A DNA stretch of 64,000 nt from Leucoraja ocellata. Taxonomy: Eukaryota. The notes under the pieces are model-generated. The model saw nothing but the letters and a program-made list of their open reading frames with translations, did no database searches and had not been told where the DNA came from. Shown here piece by piece: positions 60,871-64,000 of the stretch. Position 1 is the stretch's first letter. Every line of letters begins with the position of its first letter. A program made the translations under genes and the position numbers. The DNA is taken from contig JAWMAR010000087.1 in the NCBI GenBank assembly GCA_036785375.1, forward strand, positions 3,720,001 to 3,784,000. Reading direction: 5' to 3'.

Positions 60871-62834
60871 CATATCCTACCTATTTTTAATCCTTAATGG
60901 TAGAGATGAGAAGAAGCATTTGAAGCCAAATGATAATGAATCTTTGGGATGCGCTACCACAGTGCAGTGGAGGTTCACATAGGTTAACTTTTACCTATTA
61001 TAGCAATTGAGATATGGGTTTAATGCAGGAAAGCGGGACTAAGGAAAGATCAGTGAAGGAGTTCTTGAATGTTGGACTAGTTTTTATTTTCTTATGAAAA
61101 CTTTTGTAAATTTAGCCATTTACAATTTTTGTTAAAATTGACTTTGTGTACTTTCTATCCCTTCCAGTTATGTGCTGCTTATCATTACCTAAACTACACG
61201 TTTTCTTTGCACCCTTTTCTTTTTTCAGATTCAGATGAGTCTGTTGTCATTGACACCAGTGTGCAATGAAATTCCTTGTTTGCATAAAAGTATATCAGTA
61301 TACATGGTAATGATGGAAACAACAAATACAAAACTGCAGAATGATGCACAGATTGTAGTGCAATCAGATGCAGTACAAATATAATACTTAAGTACAATAA
61401 CGGAATAACTGAATGAGATGAAGTTAAGAATAAGAATGCGGTGCCACACTTGTGTGGAGGTGGTGATTGGTTCCTTTCCTTCATTTGAACTTCCCTATCT
61501 CGCTTTAAAACCCCAGTCTATAGTTATAGTTACAAAATCCATTAGGAAATGATCCTTGCTGTTTTAGGTGGAGCCCATCTGAAAGAATAGATTTCTCTTT
61601 TCCCCAATCTGCTGCCGCTGTCCCATGAATTGAAACCCATCCTCTTACCATGCTCTTTAAGCCAAGCATTTAACTCACACCTGCTTTTATCTCTGTCCTT
61701 TGTTCCACCCATCTGCCAATCAACCCCCCCCCCCCCCCTCCACCCCCACCGCACCCGCATCACCTGTGTCCACCTATTACCTCCCACGTTCTGTCGTGCC
61801 TCTCCTCTCCCTCAGCTTTCTTCCACTCGCCCCTCCCCACAATTAGGCTGAAGAAAGATCCTGACCCGAAAAGTCACCTATCCATAGATAGACACAAGAA
61901 GCTAGAGTAACTCAGCGGGCCAGACAGCATGTCTGGAGAGAAGGAATAGGTGACGTCTCGGGTCAAGACCCTATCCATGTTCTCCAGAGATGCTACCTGA
62001 CCCGCCGAGTTACTCCAGCACATTGTGTCCTTTTGTGTAAACTTGCAGTTTCTTGTTTCTACATTTAAATTTCTCATTCATTCTAACCCATTACAGTTTG
62101 TCAAGGACGGACTGTCCCAAACTTGAATGGTTTCATGGAGAGGATTGTCAAACTATAACAATAAAATCAGACCTAGCCCCAGATCCAACCTGACCACGGT
62201 GAATGCCAACTCAACTCGAAACGAAGGATTAAAAAATATATACCTGATCCAATTCAAAAGTGAAACTATATCATTTAATCCGTGTGATACATTTTTTCTA
62301 ACATTTTTGATAAACTACCATATTTTAATGTCCTACATGGAAATTATTTCTCCAAATGATGCCATAATGCAATAATCTTACTTTGGTCCATTGAAATTGC
62401 TTATAGCTACTTTATTCAGCAACATGTTGGATTGAGCGTGTGAAGGGAATAGCACATCAGTCAATGTGTTACAATGTGATGGCAGCTCTCTCTGGCTTAA
62501 AGTGGTGACTTCCAATGTAATTTTACACCAGATAGGAAACCAAAATTTTGGGTTTACACAAATAATCAACATAGCAAATAATGGAATTTAGTCAAATTAC
62601 AATAACAACCAAAAATCACCCTCAAACCAAAAAAAGAAATGTTAAGAAATGTAGGTCATGCTTTGATTTATGAAGCTTTATTGCGTGAAGTATGTGTAGC
62701 AAAGACTGTCCGGGAACATTCATTACTGTCACATTATTGTTATTGCTGTTGTCATTTTAATTATTTAACACTTGCATTTGTTCCCAGTATTTTTTCTCAG
62801 GCATTAGAAGTGAACTGGTGGTAATGTATGAAAG

Positions 62835-63130
62835 AAAGACACAAAATGCTGGAGTAACTTAGCGGGACAGGCAGCATCTCTAGAGAGAAGGAATGGGTGA
62901 CTTTTGTCTCGAGACCCTTCTTCAGACTGAGGGTCGGGGAGAGGGAAACTAATGATATAGAAGGGTATAAAGAGCATGTGAGGTGAGAAAAGGACAGATC
63001 AAAGCAGACAATGATCAAGGAAATGTACAACGGTTCATTGTTGGCTGAGGGGAAGGTGACAACGAGGTATACAAACAGTAAAATTAATTAGGAGGACAGT
63101 GAATCTAGTAGGAGTACCTGGGTGGGAAGG
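62835..63130 (-). mobile_element. PLE terminal-repeat fragment
   Basis: Homologous to 27590-27960 (gacacaaaatgctggagtaac...cccttcttcagactga...gacagatcaaagcagac). Confidence 0.75.
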
Positions 63131-64000
63131 GTATCAGTTTTCCCTTGCAGGAGACTGGTCTGCAAATTCTCATCAATTGGGATCAAATGCTTACTGGGAA
63201 AAGTGTGATTGTACAGAGGGGTGTTGAAGTTCCACCTTGTTTCTCCTTGAGCACTCTGTACTAATACAGCAAGATTGATGTCACAATACCACTTCATGGT
63301 AGAACTCCAAAGTATGAATTAATTGAAATATGATTAAGCTGATTAACTTTCCCCCTTGCACTGCTATTGTGTAGCCAGCATTCATAAAAGTGTGGAGAAA
63401 TGGTTTCACCACAAGCAGAAGCACATGTCTCCCTTTCTATATTTCCCTTGGAGATTCCAACATTGTGAACGAGCCCAGGTTTATGAGCCTTATTTCTTTG
63501 TGCATCACGCTAATACACTCAAGGCAGTGCATTTTGGATCTGATTCAGGTTTAGGGTTATTCGTTAAATCACAAAAAGGTTCAGCAATGATAATAGTAAT
63601 ACATTTTATTTATGGGCGCCTTTCAAGAGTCTCAAGGACACCTTACAAAAGAAGCAACCTGACGAAAGTGGTCATTTATTTTTTGACAATGAATAAAAAA
63701 ACAAACATCAATATATTAAACTATTAAGCCTTAACCATTAGATTTCCATTAGGAGCTGAATATTCTATTAATTGAGGAGAACAATTGGAGTATTTGGGTT
63801 TATTTAACTGTCATTAGATGGGTGCTTAAATGCTGTTTCAGCATCTTGTTGATGTTATACACATCAAGCCTCCAATTTGCACAGATTAAGTACATTTGGG
63901 TGTTTATTATTAAATCCAATGTTAGCATCATTCCTTCTAATGATCGGATGAGCTGTCTGTATGTTGTAAAATAACAGCTGGCCTGATGACAAGGGGCTTA

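Noticed and set aside
35011-64000. LIN52 final exon (expected SREMTRGKFLNIL...)
   Set aside because: I could not find it by eye. It probably lies beyond the window, as in mammals where this intron is very long, though it could sit in a gap.

Overview
Vertebrate genomic DNA, most likely a cartilaginous fish (skate/ray-like, inferred from the V-SINE, CR1 and Penelope repeat content), with six N-gaps. Three genes lie in the order known from mammals. (1) The probable last coding exon of BBOF1/CCDC176 (+). (2) A complete 12-exon ALDH6A1 (methylmalonate-semialdehyde dehydrogenase, -; all introns GT-AG; 1611 nt CDS, 536 aa). (3) Coding exons 1-5 of LIN52 (+), head-to-head with ALDH6A1 across a ~480 bp CpG-island promoter. 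The rest of the window (35-64 kb) appears to be the long last intron of LIN52. Introns are dense in CR1 and Rex1/Babar LINE fragments, V-SINEs, Penelope-like element (PLE) fragments, Helitrons and MITEs. The most notable observations are: dozens of PLE-derived minimal hammerhead-ribozyme motifs, several inside TSD-flanked fold-back insertions; a head-to-tail non-autonomous Helitron concatemer; an exact 36-bp duplication in ALDH6A1 exon 1 that doubles the start of the mitochondrial presequence and its splice donor; a CpG-rich non-coding retro-element family with a conserved hairpin; a DNA element with a 7-bp TSD; a templated composite insertion; and candidate conserved enhancers. All calls come from reading the sequence and recalling known proteins; no database searches were run. 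Repeat boundaries are approximate unless a TSD is stated. I cannot claim a wholly new system; the findings are leads.
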